NCBI GenBank assembly: GCA_964016885.1
Contig: OZ024744.1
Coordinates: 54,560,001 to 54,624,000 of the forward strand
Length of the DNA stretch: 64,000 bases
Reading direction: 5' to 3'
Source of the DNA: Eledone cirrhosa
Lineage: Eukaryota
Within the stretch, counting starts at the first letter, position 1, and each line of letters opens with the position of its first letter. The notes under the pieces were generated by a model, which worked only from the letters and a program-made list of their open reading frames with translations, did not search any database and was not told the origin of the DNA. A program made the translations under genes and the position numbers. Of the stretch, positions 29,060-41,303 are shown in pieces.

Positions 29060-29225
29060 CCTCTTTCTATCTTTCTATTTCATTTTTTATTTCTCATTCT
29101 ACCTTCTGGTGAGGGTCTAGTGTCTGAAACATAAAGATTCTTTTCCAACTATATCAAGTGTTAAACTAATATATTTTTTCATTGTACTGTGTTGTTTGCT
29201 TTGTTATTTCAGTTTACTTTTTACA
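29060..29225 (+). mobile_element. PLE pLTR copy with decayed hammerhead
   Basis: CTT-CTGGTGA-GGGTCTAGTGTCT-GAAACATAAAGA, homologous to 29850-29990. Confidence 0.6.
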
Positions 29226-29226
29226 A

Positions 29227-29265
<39 letters not shown>

Positions 29266-29601
29266 AAGTTCAGTAAGTCCAAAGAAAACTGGTGAGAGTA
29301 CCAAGGTCAGCACTCTATGCAGAGCAGAGTGTATATAATAACATATGTATCACATCCAATTTGTTCTTATATATATATATATATTAAAATTTAGACTAAA
29401 ATAAATTTCAGTCATATTATACCATAAATAGCTCAATACTATATTTTCTAGAGCCTCATTTCTACAAATTATATTTAGGTGCTAATAATAAATTGAAGTG
29501 AAACCCAACAAATGCATGTATTTTTTATTGGCAGCATGACGCTACCAAAGTATAACAGTATATACAAACACACACACACACACAGATATATATATTAACA
29601 C

Positions 29602-29632
<31 letters not shown>

Positions 29633-29868
29633 TGCACATGTGCACACACACACACACACATGCTCTTACATGCACAAGTATAGCTCTTTTTACAAAATGT
29701 TTTTTTTCCATTTCAGGTAGATGCGCTCCATCATTCTAAAATATAAATCATACACAAAATACCAGCACAAGAGATGTCAACATGAATGGACCTGTTATTT
29801 TTATCTAAAGACATTTTTTTCCAATTCAAACCCGCCTGTCCCCTCAATCTATCTTATTTCTCATTCTT

Positions 29869-29904
29869 TCTTCTGATGAAGGACTAGCGTCTGAAACGTT
29901 AAGA
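29869..29904 (+). ncRNA. Minimal type I hammerhead ribozyme (PLE pLTR type)
   Basis: TCTT-CTGATGA-AGGAC-TAGC-GTCT-GAA-ACGT-T-AAGA. Palindromic ACGT stem III (dimer type), GUU triplet, 4-bp stem I. A downstream pLTR fragment also occurs at 40672-40755 (-). Confidence 0.75.
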
Positions 29905-29988
29905 CCCTCTTCCTGCTATATTAAGCGTTAACCTAATATATCCCTTCCATATACTGTACCGATTGTGTTGTTATTTCTGTTTACCTTT

Positions 29989-30020
<32 letters not shown>

Positions 30021-30252
30021 AATTCTGTATGAGCAAGACATGGTCACCTGACCAACTTGCATCAAATGGGACAACCCGTCTAACCCATGCTAGCATGGAA
30101 AGTTGACATTAAACGATGATGATGATGATGATGATATATAAACATACAATAAAAAAAAAGTACTGTGATCAATTCTTCCTCTATATCTCTTTTTCAATTT
30201 TTCTTTCTTACTTTCCCTCTCTCCTTCTCTGAAACAAATTGGTTGTGTTCAG

Positions 30253-30480
30253 ATCTGGAGAGGGGATGGGTTCTGCCATGTTTAAAGAACTCTGCTCTTG
30301 TGAACTGCAGATCGCTACTTTCTGTTTGTTGAGATTACGCCAGTATCAGAGGATCAGGATGGTCAGCACTGCACAAAATGTTCAAATATTATGTCTCGAG
30401 ATAATTTACCCTTGGATAGTTCTTCTTCAAGGCCTGGATAAGACTTTTCATGTTAGGCTAGCAGTTGTTAATACATGCAT
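30253..30480 (+). other. Candidate internal exon (228 bp) of an unknown gene
   Basis: Long polypyrimidine tract then TTCAG| at 30252, |GTAAGT at 30481, length divisible by 3, one open frame. The peptide is not recognisable. Confidence 0.3.
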
Positions 30481-30843
30481 GTAAGTCTCACCTCATCATG
30501 TCACCTATGTTGACCCTGAGAAAAGCAAGGTCTAATACAACTTGACATCAGTATCAACCATCAAAGGCAAACTCAGAATGCAAAGGGCAGAAAGAGTTAC
30601 CACAAAGCTACATGCCTGGTGCTCTAACAATTGTGCCATCCCACAACACCTTGGACTAATACTTTATTTATTGATAAAAAAAAAAGGGGTTTAAAAGTTG
30701 AACTCAGAGTACAGAGAGAGTGCCAGGACAAATACTACAAAAAATTTAATCTATGTTCTAACAACTTAGCTAATTTAATGCTTATATATATATATATCAT
30801 CATCAACGTTTAACGTCCGTGTTCCACGCTTGCATGGGTTTGG

Positions 30844-30876
<33 letters not shown>

Positions 30877-31071
30877 TGTACATACATATATGTATACAGA
30901 CGTACAGAAGTATGTATATATATACATACATGCACACATATATATATATGTACGTATGGATTTACCAAACATTTATTATAACGCTCGGTTTGTTTGTAAG
31001 CAAACATCCCGAATTAAGCCGTACAGTGTTTAGCAACCATCGTTGCCCTTTTGTTCAACACTGACAAAGGA

Positions 31072-31114
31072 ACGATGTACTAGTTTCAAGCTTATTAGCT
31101 ATCGTCAGCACCGT
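31072..31114 (-). ncRNA. Minimal type I hammerhead ribozyme
   Basis: Minus strand reads ACGGTG-CTGACGA-TAGCT-AATA-AGCTT-GAA-ACTAGT-A-CATCGT. 6-bp stem I, palindromic ACTAGT stem III, GUA triplet. About 120 nt downstream it runs into (TA)n. Confidence 0.75.
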
Positions 31115-31119
31115 ATACC

Positions 31120-31918
31120 TTCGTGCCACTTGATAGTCTACTTCCCCCATCCCGCCATATTTTCCAAGCCTGCTTTTTGGCCTTAATTGACTTCTCCACC
31201 TTACTGTTCCACCACCACGTTACTCTCCTCCTGCCTATAGGTCTGCTCCAGCCACAGGTTTCATCTGCCGCCTTCAGCAGGTTAGCTTTCAGGAATTCCC
31301 ACTGTTCCTCTATATTGTACGACTCTAATTGCTCTTCCTTACTATCAAAAGCATCAAGTAATATGCTTTTAAATTTATTACTGGCTGTGGGATCCTTTAG
31401 CTTCCATATTTTTCTCCTGAGGATAGTCCTCCTTTGTTGTCGAGTACGTCTTGTCCTGACTATGAGGTCGCTGACTATGAGTCTATGTCAGGAGGTGCAT
31501 TCTTCATGGGGGAGGGATTTAGTGTTTACAACAGACACTCTATCACGTCTTCTGGTAAGGATATAATCTATCTGACTGGCGTGTTCCCCTGATCTATAGG
31601 TGATCAAGTGATTGTCTCGTTTTTTGAAGTTAGTGTTACAGATAGTTAGGTTATTTGTGTCACAGAATTCCAGGATTCTGGAGCCTTCCTCATTTCTAGC
31701 ACCAAACCCATAGCCTCCATGGATTCTGTCATAGCCGTCACAATGTTGTCCAACGTGACCATTTAGGTCGCCAGCAATAATTATGTAGTCACTGTCAGTT
31801 ATTTGGGAGGTAGTGAGCATCAATGTCTCATAGAATCTGTCTTTTATAGCGCCAGGCAGTCTGGATTGGGGTGCATACGCAGATATTACCATCACAGTAG
31901 TTCTATTTAGGACAAATC
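31120..31918 (-). mobile_element. RTE family A fragment (AP-endonuclease region)
   Basis: VISAYAPQ..IIAGDLNGHVG..GYGFGARNEEGSRILEFC..ICNTNFKK..ITYRSG..SQIDYIL. Confidence 0.88.
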
Positions 31919-32094
31919 TTATTTATATATATATATATATACACACACACATGCATACATATATACACACACATGTATACACATACCTGTACACCTACAG
32001 ACAAACATACACACACATATGTATACATATCTACTCAAGTAGTTAAGTTCACATATGCATTGGGGTGGGGGGGTAATTAGTGAAATGGTAGTGT

Positions 32095-34330
32095 ACCTCT
32101 GAGGGTTGTTCTTTTCTTCAACAATTGAATGTTTGAAAGTGTGGGTGTCATCATTCTTTATATATCCTGAAATGTTCATTGTCCAACCATATCTTAAAGA
32201 AGGGAAGATTGTGAAATTTCCCTTTCCGCATGATGCGAAGTGTTCACTGCATGTGGTGTTTCTGACAGAGGGGGTCTCTAATTTGTTGTTTATGTATTCA
32301 AACTCTGTCATGTAGACCCGTTCCGGTTTCACCAATGTAATATTCTTTACATTGTGGGCAGGCTTCACAGTAAATTAAGTTTTTTGTTTTGCAATTTATG
32401 TTTGCATTAACTGTGAAAATCTCATTGTTTGGTAAGCAGTTTTTTTAGGTTGGGTGCTTGGCGTCTACTATATATTATTTGTGAGTCTTTTATGGGTGCA
32501 TTCATTTTGGGGAGATATTGTTTAGCGGCTTTCACAATGTTGAAGTTCCTTGGATTGTGACTGATGACAAAAGGGATAACTATTTTTTCCTTTTTATTTT
32601 GTTGGTTTGTTTTTCTCAGTGTTGTCACTGGGATGTTCTAGGCCTTTGAGCTGGCTGTGTTGATGAGGTTCACTGGATATTCTTGTCTTTTAAGGAACCC
32701 TTTTAGTTCATATAATCTTTTTTTCCTGTAGTGTGGGGTGTGTTACTAAGGTGCAAATGTGTCTTGCCATGTTAAAAGGAATGTTCCTTTTGGTATGTGA
32801 GGGGTGTGCTGATGAGAAATTCAAGTATTGGGGTGTGTCTGTTGGTTTTTAAAATAGGTCTGTTTCTGATATTTTTCCCTTCTTTAATGAGAAGGATATC
32901 CAGAAATGGTAGTTCCTTTTATTACATTCCATAGTAAATTTAAATTTTATTGCTTTGTGAAGACTGTTTATGATGGAATGGAATCTTTGCAGGTCTTCTT
33001 GGCTTCTATTCCAGAAGATGAAGCAGTCGCCTAGGTAGCGTTTCCAGTTGTTATTAATGTAGGTGGTGAAGTCATGACTGAATGTTTCCTGCAGCTGGGA
33101 ATATAATTTTGCCTCTGGGTCACCCATAACAAGTGTTGGGAGCCTTTTATTTGTAAATACAGTTCGTTATCAAAGAGGAAGTGGTTGTTCTCCAATACTA
33201 ATTTGAGTCCTTCCAAAATAAACTCTTTTGGGAATCTCTCTGAAATGTAATCTGGGTATTTTGTAATCCAGAAGTCAACAGCTTCAATTCCTAAGCCATC
33301 TGGGATCTTAGTATATAAGTTTGTTACGTCAAAGCTGACTAAGATTGTTTCTTGGTGTACTTTCTGGGGGATATAGTTCAGGAATTCCATATCATCTCTG
33401 ATGAAGCTTGGCATTTTTTTACATAAGGGTTTCAGAATAATGTCCAATAGGTTGCTTAGACGTTGTGTGCTTGAGGCTGGAGCAGCAACAATTGGACGTA
33501 ATTTTAAATCTGTCGGTTTTGGTACTTCAACATATGATGTATTTTTGCCTTTTATGTTGTTTTGGATTTCTCTGGATTTGTGAACGTTCGGTAAACCATA
33601 GAAATTGCTGGTTTTCATTTCAAAGTTGGTTAAGTAATTGATTTCCTTTAGTGTGAGGTTGTTTTGGTACTTGGTTGTCAGTTTGCCTACTTTAATCATC
33701 GATTTTCTTTCTTTGCTTTTGCTGATTTTCCAGTAAAAACCCTCGTTATTCAACTGTTCTAGGACCATATCTTTGTAGTGGTTTTTGTCCACCTTTGTCA
33801 ACTTCTTTTATAATTATTGAGGAGTCTTTTGTAGCTTGTTTAGAGCTAGCAGTTGGTCTGTAGGAATGTTGCGTTTGTGTTTCATCTCTGCAATATTTGA
33901 CTGTGCCGATCGTTGGAGGCAGGTTATGTATTCTTCCGGGTGTTTGTTTCTATTTAACGGGGGTTTGAAGTTCTTTTTGTTTTTCTCTAGTGATTCCTCC
34001 TCGTATTCTACACCCTGGAAGAATTCTCCTAGATGTAATTTTTGACAATAATCTTCTGTGTCTTTTATAAGGTCGGCTTGATCTGCTTTCAGAGTTGGTG
34101 TAAACTGCAGTCCATTTTCTAGCAGTTTAATTTCCTGTTGTGTTAATTTCTTGACGGATATGTTAATTATTTTTGGTTCCTTTGGGTTTTTTTCATCAAG
34201 TGCCACTTGAAGAGTGGTGTTTTTCTTTTTTTCCTTCATTTAGTGGGAGGCACCTTGTTCTAAAAAATAATTCCCATTTGAGATAGGGGTGTTTCTGTTA
34301 TGATGAAATAGTATGTTTGCTAGCATTTTG
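32095..34330 (-). mobile_element. Degraded Penelope-like element (RT plus GIY-YIG remnants), probably Neptune-type
   Basis: FYGLPNVHKS..LRPIVAAPASSTQRLS..LVSFDVTNLYTKIP..LENNHFLF..YLQIKG, WKRYLGDCFIFW, IPFVISHNP..RRQAPNLKKLL. Multiple frameshifts. Confidence 0.85.
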
Positions 34331-34914
34331 ACTTGATAATTTCCTGAACAATAGAATCTTATTTGGTGGTTGATATATGGGAGTCTGGTTGGCCATTATA
34401 TTTTATTCACCAAAGGTGAATGCCCTCCTGCTGGTTCCATTTCTATTGAAATGGAACCAGCAGGAGGGCATTTTCACAAGCTCTTTCTAAAATACTCCTT
34501 AAACACCCAACACCTCCCAATTCCACTCTCAATCAATTATCTTGCTTTTACCATTCACTATTTTCTTTCATCTCTTGTGTGTATATATATATGCTTTAAT
34601 TCCTTTAAATCTTCATCAACACCCCTTCACTCCCACACTCATTACCCCCCCCCCCTCCCATCCCCAGACACACCCAAATCTCTCTTATATATGGAGTCAC
34701 ACATCACAACACAAGCTGAGATCCGTTTGACAACCGCCACCGATGAATGGACCCAGAATCTTTAAAAATCTCCCCACCAAAGTTAACAAAGAATTTACAA
34801 GATCTATCAAACCAAATTGTAAAATGGTCCGACATATTATTAGCTTTAACACATTTTCATTTTTACACTGTTGCATCTGTTGCTTAATTATAAGAAGGGA
34901 AATAAATAATTTTC

Positions 34915-35320
34915 TATATAGATAATAAACACAACCACAAGGGTATGGTCCAAACGTGGAAGAGCCGAACTCCCACTGTCATCGCCTCCATCTCTCTCGC
35001 CCTCCCCATCTCTATGTATGGTGAGCAAATGGGGTCCCACGTGCTGGCCTCCCGACAATCCCGGCAGACAGAATGGAGAAGGCGTTTCCCCAGAGGATGG
35101 TAAAGGAGATGCGCTGGAAAGACGATTCCATTTCGCGAGGTTCACACCTGCGGCTGGCCAGTTCAACACCTATGGCGGTGAGTAGGGAGGTAGCCCTAGG
35201 GCCAAGGACACCAGAAGTCTCCACTGCCAAGGGCACAACTGCGAACCTCGCGGAGAGCGACCAGTACTTTGTGAGTTTGCCAGCCTCAGCCCGACATGCA
35301 ACAGAACCTGAGTTAGTCAC
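34915..35320 (-). mobile_element. CRE-clade non-LTR retrotransposon 3' fragment (restriction-like endonuclease C-terminus)
   Basis: AEAGKLTKY..VVPLAVETSGVLG..FQRISFTILWGNAFSIL matches the CRE/Cnl1-type RLE tail. Confidence 0.7.
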
Positions 35321-35427
35321 AGTTGTAAAATTATAATATTATAAAATTAGATTGTTTAAAACTACATGTGAAGTCATTCTTTTCCTTTTTTTCAAATATA
35401 TATATATCTATATATATATATATATAC

Positions 35428-36142
35428 TATCATCATCATCATCATTTTACGTCCGCTTTTCCCTGCTTGCAAGGGTTGGACGAGTCCTATTCCGCACAGC
35501 ATCTCTCCTCTTGTTACGGTCCTTCGTCATCTCCTCGGTGAGTTTCAGCGATCTGAGGTCTGCTCTCATCAATTCCGCTCATGTTTTTCGTGGTCTACCT
35601 CTACTGCGTCTTCCTTCTACTGGTATTTCCTGGCACTTCTTCACCCATCGGTCATCCTCCATGTGCATCACATGTCCATACCATCTCAGCCTTCTCTCCT
35701 GCACACCACAACTTATGCCTCTTATACCTAGTTTCTCTCTCAACTCGTCTATGCTTGGTCATTCACACACATTGACATTGCACATCCAACGGAGAATACT
35801 TGCTTCATTTCTCTCCAGCCATCGCATATCCTCTGCAGTTGCTGCCCATGTCTCACTACCATGCAGCATCGCGCATCTCACACAGGCATCATATAACCGG
35901 CCTTTCGTACGCAGGGAGAAACCCTTCTTTGTCAACAGAGGAAGCAGCTCTCTAAACTTCTTCCAACCCGTCCTTATTCTAGTTACTATGGCCTCAGAAC
36001 TCTCCCCCCCCCCTGCCCATGCTAATCTGATCACCTAGGTACCGGAAGCTATCCACCACTTCTATAGCACCCACCTGCTTTGGAAAAATGTGTCTATCAC
36101 TGCGATTACTACTGCCAACTTTCCCTGTACATCTACTGCATG
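35428..36142 (-). mobile_element. RTE family B, 3' fragment
   Basis: Homologous to 23338-24100. Confidence 0.88.
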
Positions 36143-36252
36143 TTCAGCTAAGTACTCAATACTTGAGAAAATAGAGTGGATGTATAGTGAATAGTTAGTG
36201 TTTGATGGCTGAGCTCAGCCGTCGGGCACTATTTACAATACACAAACACACA

Positions 36253-36283
<31 letters not shown>

Positions 36284-36875
36284 GTGTATGAATCATTAAA
36301 AATATTTTATCAATAGTTTGTTGGGTGTTTTTTTGGTGGTGGTGGTGGTGGGGGGGGGGGGATTTGCTACTCCTTTTTGCTGGAGATATTCCACACATTT
36401 TAAATGGTGGCAAGCAATCAACATATCTTATTATATGAAGGTTAAATGTTTCCTTTGACCTTTCTTCTGGAATGGAGGGGAGAGAAATAAGGGAAGGCCT
36501 TATTTCCTTGGCATTATAAAATCTGAATTGATAAATTTCAGCTACTTCTCCTCTGCTATCAGTAATTTTGCTATATCACCATATTCCGCTTAACCCTTTT
36601 GATACCAATCCTCCTTGTTCCTAAATTATTTGTTTATAAGTGTTTAAATTTATCTAGAAACCTTACAACATCACTTTATGTAAGAACCTTTGTTAAGTTA
36701 TCTTCCAAATTGCAGTTTAATAATGAAAATGTTAGTTACATTCAAATTTGCCATTATTTTCAACCCTTTTCATATAAAACCTCCTGAAACTAGCCATGAT
36801 GCAAAAGATGATATATTTTAAAGTGTATATATTTATCTAAAAACCTTCCATCATTTATGTAAGAAACTTTGTTAA

Positions 36876-37096
36876 GCCTTTAGCATTTAAACCAGCCGTA
36901 TCTGGCCAGAATTCTCTCACCTCTTTCTGTTCAAACCGACAGTAACCAGCTGCACATACTGATGTTAAGGTATTGTTATCAAAATAAATAATTTCAAAAT
37001 TTCATAGATTTGATATTATGTGAGATAATTATGTGAGGTAAAGTGTTTAACATGAAAATACAATAATAAATATAGAGTCATGTGAATGCTAAAGCG
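36876..37096 (-). mobile_element. piggyBac-type MITE
   Basis: TTAA-GCCTTTAG...CTAAAGCG-TTAA, homologous to 25288-25507. Confidence 0.8.
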
Positions 37097-37344
37097 TTAA
37101 GTTATGTTTCAAACACCAGCTTAATAACAAAATTTAAAAGTAGTTAAATTACTTAACTCCACCAAATTCTTAATTAATTTCAAAATTATTTAAAAATCAT
37201 GATCATATATCTTGGGTAATGAGTGAAATAATACGATCACGAATTCAAGCATCCAAAATGGTGTTCTTCTTAACATTACTTAATAGATTGCGTTGCTCAG
37301 AGATCAGAGAGTCACTCCAGGTAGAGCCGCTAGAGGAGGAGGGG

Positions 37345-37472
37345 ATGATGATGGTGGTGGTGGTGGTGGTGGTGGTGGTGGTGGTGGTGGTGGTGGTGGT
37401 GGTGGTGGTGGTGGTGGTGGTGGTTGTGGTGGTGGGTGATGATGATGATGATGATGAGGAGGATGAGGAGGA
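37345..37472. repeat. (GTG)n(GAT)n trinucleotide microsatellite after a short RTE-like fragment
   Basis: Direct inspection. The preceding peptide IRSRIQAS..SEIRESLQVEPL resembles an RTE C-terminal region. Confidence 0.9.
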
Positions 37473-37799
37473 GACAATGTCTTTCATACAAAAAGCAGTC
37501 ATGAAAGGGTTAATTAATGCAAGATGGGGCCCATTAAATTGAAAGAAGTAAGGCACGCAGGACCCAAATTCTACTTTCTCCTATAGCATTTGATTACAAT
37601 ACGTCATTGAAGTAAGCCACCTTGCCTGATTTACTGACCAAGTTATTTCTCACAACAGGGGAGATAATTAATTAACAGGATAAGAAATCAGACTTTTATG
37701 ACACAAGGGTAAATAGGTGATTGTCATGCAGAGCTTGCTATGGCACTTGCTATTAATTACCATTTTCTCTCTCTCTCACTCTCTCTCATTCTTTCTCTG

Positions 37800-38052
37800 T
37801 GTATATATATACTGATATATATATATACTGATATATATATATATACTGATATATATATATACTGATATATATATATACTGATATATATATATATACTGAT
37901 ATATATATAGGCCGATATATATATATATAGGCCGATATATATATATATATATATAGGCCGAAATATATATAGGCCGATATATATATATAGGCTGATATAT
38001 ATATAGGCCGATATATATATATATATGGGCCGAAATATATATATAGGCCGAT
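37800..38052. repeat. TA-derived minisatellite with CTGA and GGCCGA spacers
   Basis: (TA)nCTGA units grading into (TA)nGGCCGA units. Confidence 0.85.
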
Positions 38053-38112
38053 CAGACACTGTATATTTCAGAAAATATCATATATTTTCACTAGCTCTGG
38101 GAGTTGGCAGGT

Positions 38113-38175
38113 GAACAGTGAACTGCACTGATGAAGGGTAATCTCCCAGAAACATTAGTGTCTACAGTTCTGTTT
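38113..38175 (+). ncRNA. Type I hammerhead ribozyme with GUC triplet
   Basis: GAACAG-TGAACTGCA-CTGATGA-AGGG-TAATCT-CCCA-GAA-ACA-TTAG-TGT-C-TACAGTTC-TGTTT. Long bulged stem I. The stem II closing pair is mismatched. Confidence 0.7.
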
Positions 38176-38295
38176 GCATGCCAACACAAGAGCGAGAATG
38201 AGGGGGCTCATTCTACTGACATGGCTTAAAGAGGCTGTTTGCATAATTGCAAACGAATCAAATATTATTATTAATATTAAAAAAACTCAGATTAC

Positions 38296-38342
<47 letters not shown>

Positions 38343-38343
38343 T

Positions 38344-38472
38344 ATAGGAAAATGTATGACCCCGGCGGCAGAGCTCAACCCGTTTCGACGGCTATTTCTG
38401 GACCTGGAATAGGTCCAGAAATAGCCATCGAAACGGCTTGAGCTCTGCCGTCGGGGTCATACATTTTCCTAT
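38344..38472. repeat. 62-bp inverted repeat (5-nt loop) containing the 3' half of a hammerhead
   Basis: Arms 38344-38405 and 38411-38472 differ at 3 positions. The right arm has GAA-ACGGC-TTGAGCTCT-GCCGT-C. The same family occurs at 24105-24235 and 36145-36232. Confidence 0.85.
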
Positions 38473-38562
38473 TACCCACTCTACTACCCTAAGTATTGAG
38501 TACTCTGGTGCGTTATGGTCCATTTGGTTCCTTACCACAACTCCTTCGTTATATATATATAT

Positions 38563-38688
38563 ATTAGGAAGAGCATCCAGCCGTAGAAAACCTGCCAGAC
38601 AGTCCTATACAAGCAAGACAACCAATCTTGCCTCAAGTGGGACAATTCCTGTCTAAACCCATGCTAGCATGGAAGATAGACGTTAAAC

Positions 38689-38727
<39 letters not shown>

Positions 38728-39960
38728 ATATCATCAACATCATCATCATTGTTTAACGTCTATCTTCCATGCTACCATGGGTAAGATGGGTTTGTACCAT
38801 TTAGAGGCAAGTTTTGTCGGGTGACTGTGTCTCGCTCATATAGGACTGTTTCTGGCGGGTTTTCTACGACTGGATGCCCTTCCTAGTGCCAACCACATTT
38901 ACAGTGTGTGGTGGGTGCTTTTTGCTGTGACTTTTTCACGTCCATTTTATAATGTGGGCTGGATGTTTTGTGGTACCAACATAAAATATATATATATATC
39001 AGGATAAAGATGATGATATATATATTTGTATGTATATACATACATCATTATGATTTATTAATCTTTTGTATTTCTTAGTATCAAAATTTCGTCACACTGT
39101 TCATGACTTTTACACGATCACTTTATAGTGTGGGCTGGATGTTTTGTGGTACCGACATAAGATATATATGTATATATATTTATCATAATAAAGATGATGA
39201 TATATATATCATCATCATCATCATCATTTTACGTCCGTTCTTCCCTGCTTGCAAGGGTGGGACAGGAACTGATTCTGGCTTGATTTCTACAGCTGGATGC
39301 CCTTCCTAACACCAACCTCATTTACAGTGAGTGCTGGGTGCTTTTTTTTCCGTGGCGCCTACACATCCACTTTACAGTGTGTGCTGAGTGCTTTTTTGCT
39401 GTGGCACCTCCACGACCACTTTGCAGTGGAATGATTGGGACCTCAGTCTCTATCATCTCATTTCTACAGCTGAGTAAACTGGAGCAATCTGAAATAAAAT
39501 GTCTTGCTTAAGGAAACAACACATCATTCGGTCTGAGAATTAAACTCACAACCTTACGATTATTTGTATGTATATACATACATTATTATGATCACCACTA
39601 ATGGTGGTGGATTGGCAGTATCGGTGGAGGGTCGGACACCATGCTTTCCAGCATAGTTACGTCCCTTTACGATCTGAGTTCAAATCCCGCCGAGGTTAAC
39701 TTTGCCTTTCATCCTTACGGAGTCGATAAAATAAAGTACCAGTAATGCACTGGGTAATTGCTGGCCTTGTGCCTAAAGTAGAAACAATTATTATGATCAC
39801 CACTGTTTTACATTTATTTTTCCACGCTAGTATGGGTTAGACGAGTTGTCCTGTTGTGGGCAATGGTAGGTCAGGTGACCTTGTCTTGCTCATACAGAAC
39901 TGATTCTTGCTTGGTTTCTACAGCTAGACGCCCTTCTTAATGCCATTTACAGTGTGTGGG
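38563..39960. mobile_element. Cluster of RTE 3'-UTR fragments, a CORE-like SINE piece (39440-39560, -) and a MetaSINE (39600-39790, +)
   Basis: Repeated GGATGCCCTTCCTAACACCAAC and CCCATGCTAGCATGGAAG..GATGAT motifs, plus SINE bodies as elsewhere in the window. Confidence 0.75.
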
Positions 39961-39967
39961 AGGGGGG

Positions 39968-40355
39968 GGGGCTCACAGTTTAATGGTTAGAGCGCTGGCT
40001 TTGCAATCGTGAGGTTGTGAGTTTGATTCCTAGACCAGGTGATGTATTGTGTCCTTGAGCAAGACACTTTATTTCATGTAGCTCTAGTTTACTCAGCTGT
40101 AGAAATCAGTTGTGATGACACTGGGGCCAAGCTGTATCAGCTTTTGCCTTTCCCTCCTTGCACAACATCATATATAGTGTATATATAGGGTGTATAGAGT
40201 GTATACATGGTGCATATATGAGAGGAGACTAGTATACATGGGCGACTGCCAGTCTTCCACAAACAACCTTGCCCAGACATATGCCTCAAAGGGGAAACTT
40301 TCTAGGCACAAATCCCATGGTCTTTTGTGACCAAAGGGGGTTTTACTCTTTTACC
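39968..40355 (+). mobile_element. tRNA-derived CORE-like SINE, long variant
   Basis: AGTTTAATGGTTAGAGCG A-box region, GAGTTTGATTCC B-box, TGTGTCCTTGAGCAAGACACTTT. Confidence 0.78.
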
Positions 40356-40428
40356 CATATATATATACATAAAGAGAAAGAAAAAACATTGAAGAATTTT
40401 CTCTATATGACTGAAAAAGATGTCTTAA

Positions 40429-40635
40429 CCCTTTACTCTATAGATACTATTATATTTTCATGGTAAAGGCTTTACCTCGCGTAATTATCTCACATAATAT
40501 CGAATCTATGAGATTTTGAAAGTATTTATTTTGAGAACAATACCTTAACATCAGTTTGAGCAACCGGTTACAGCCAGTTTCAACAGAAGGAGGTAGAGAA
40601 TTCTGGCCGGTTTGGCCGGTTTGAACATTAAAGGG
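40429..40635 (+). mobile_element. piggyBac-type MITE
   Basis: TTAA-CCCTTTA...TAAAGGG-TTAA. A further partial copy lies at 57284-57335. Confidence 0.82.
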
Positions 40636-41303
40636 TTAATACTATATATATATAGATGTGTATGTGTGTGTGTGTAAAAGGTAAACAGAAATAACAGAAT
40701 TGGTACAGTATATGGAAGGAATATATTAGGTTAACGCTTGAAATAGCAGGAAGATATCATCATCATCATCATCATCATCACCGTTTTACATCTATTCTTC
40801 CACGCTAGCATGGGTTAGATGGGTTGTCCTATTGTGAGCAGTGTCCGGTCGGCTGACCTTGTCTTGCTCATACGGAAACTGATTCTGGCTTGATTTCTAC
40901 AGCTGGATGCCCTTCCTAACACCAACTTCATTTACAGTGAGTGCTGGGTGCTTTTTTCCGTGGTGCCTACACGCCCACTTTACAGTGGAAGGGGGTGGGG
41001 GCATATTGTCGATATGCTTCAGCTTCAGCTGAAGTAAATCAATATATATATATAATATATATATAGGTAGATAAGAGGATAGATAGACATATATATATTG
41101 TTTGGAGACATAGGAATGTTCTTCAGTATATATTAAAATAACAGATTAAAGTTTAAGCAAAGAATCGCTGCTTTCACCCTTAACGGGATTTTCTATTTTA
41201 ATAAATATTTGCTCGAGGGTTCTTATATATTTGATATATACTTATCCTTATCGAGCGCTCATTGGATTTTAGACTTCACATTTATTATTATTACTATTAT
41301 TAT

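Noticed and set aside
37219-37556. Poly-Val / poly-Thr protein
   Set aside because: Translation of a (GTG)n(GAT)n microsatellite.
41085-41135. Minus-strand CTGAAGA with a short hairpin
   Set aside because: GAAA is absent (CAAA) and stem I could only form from TA repeats; too degenerate to call.
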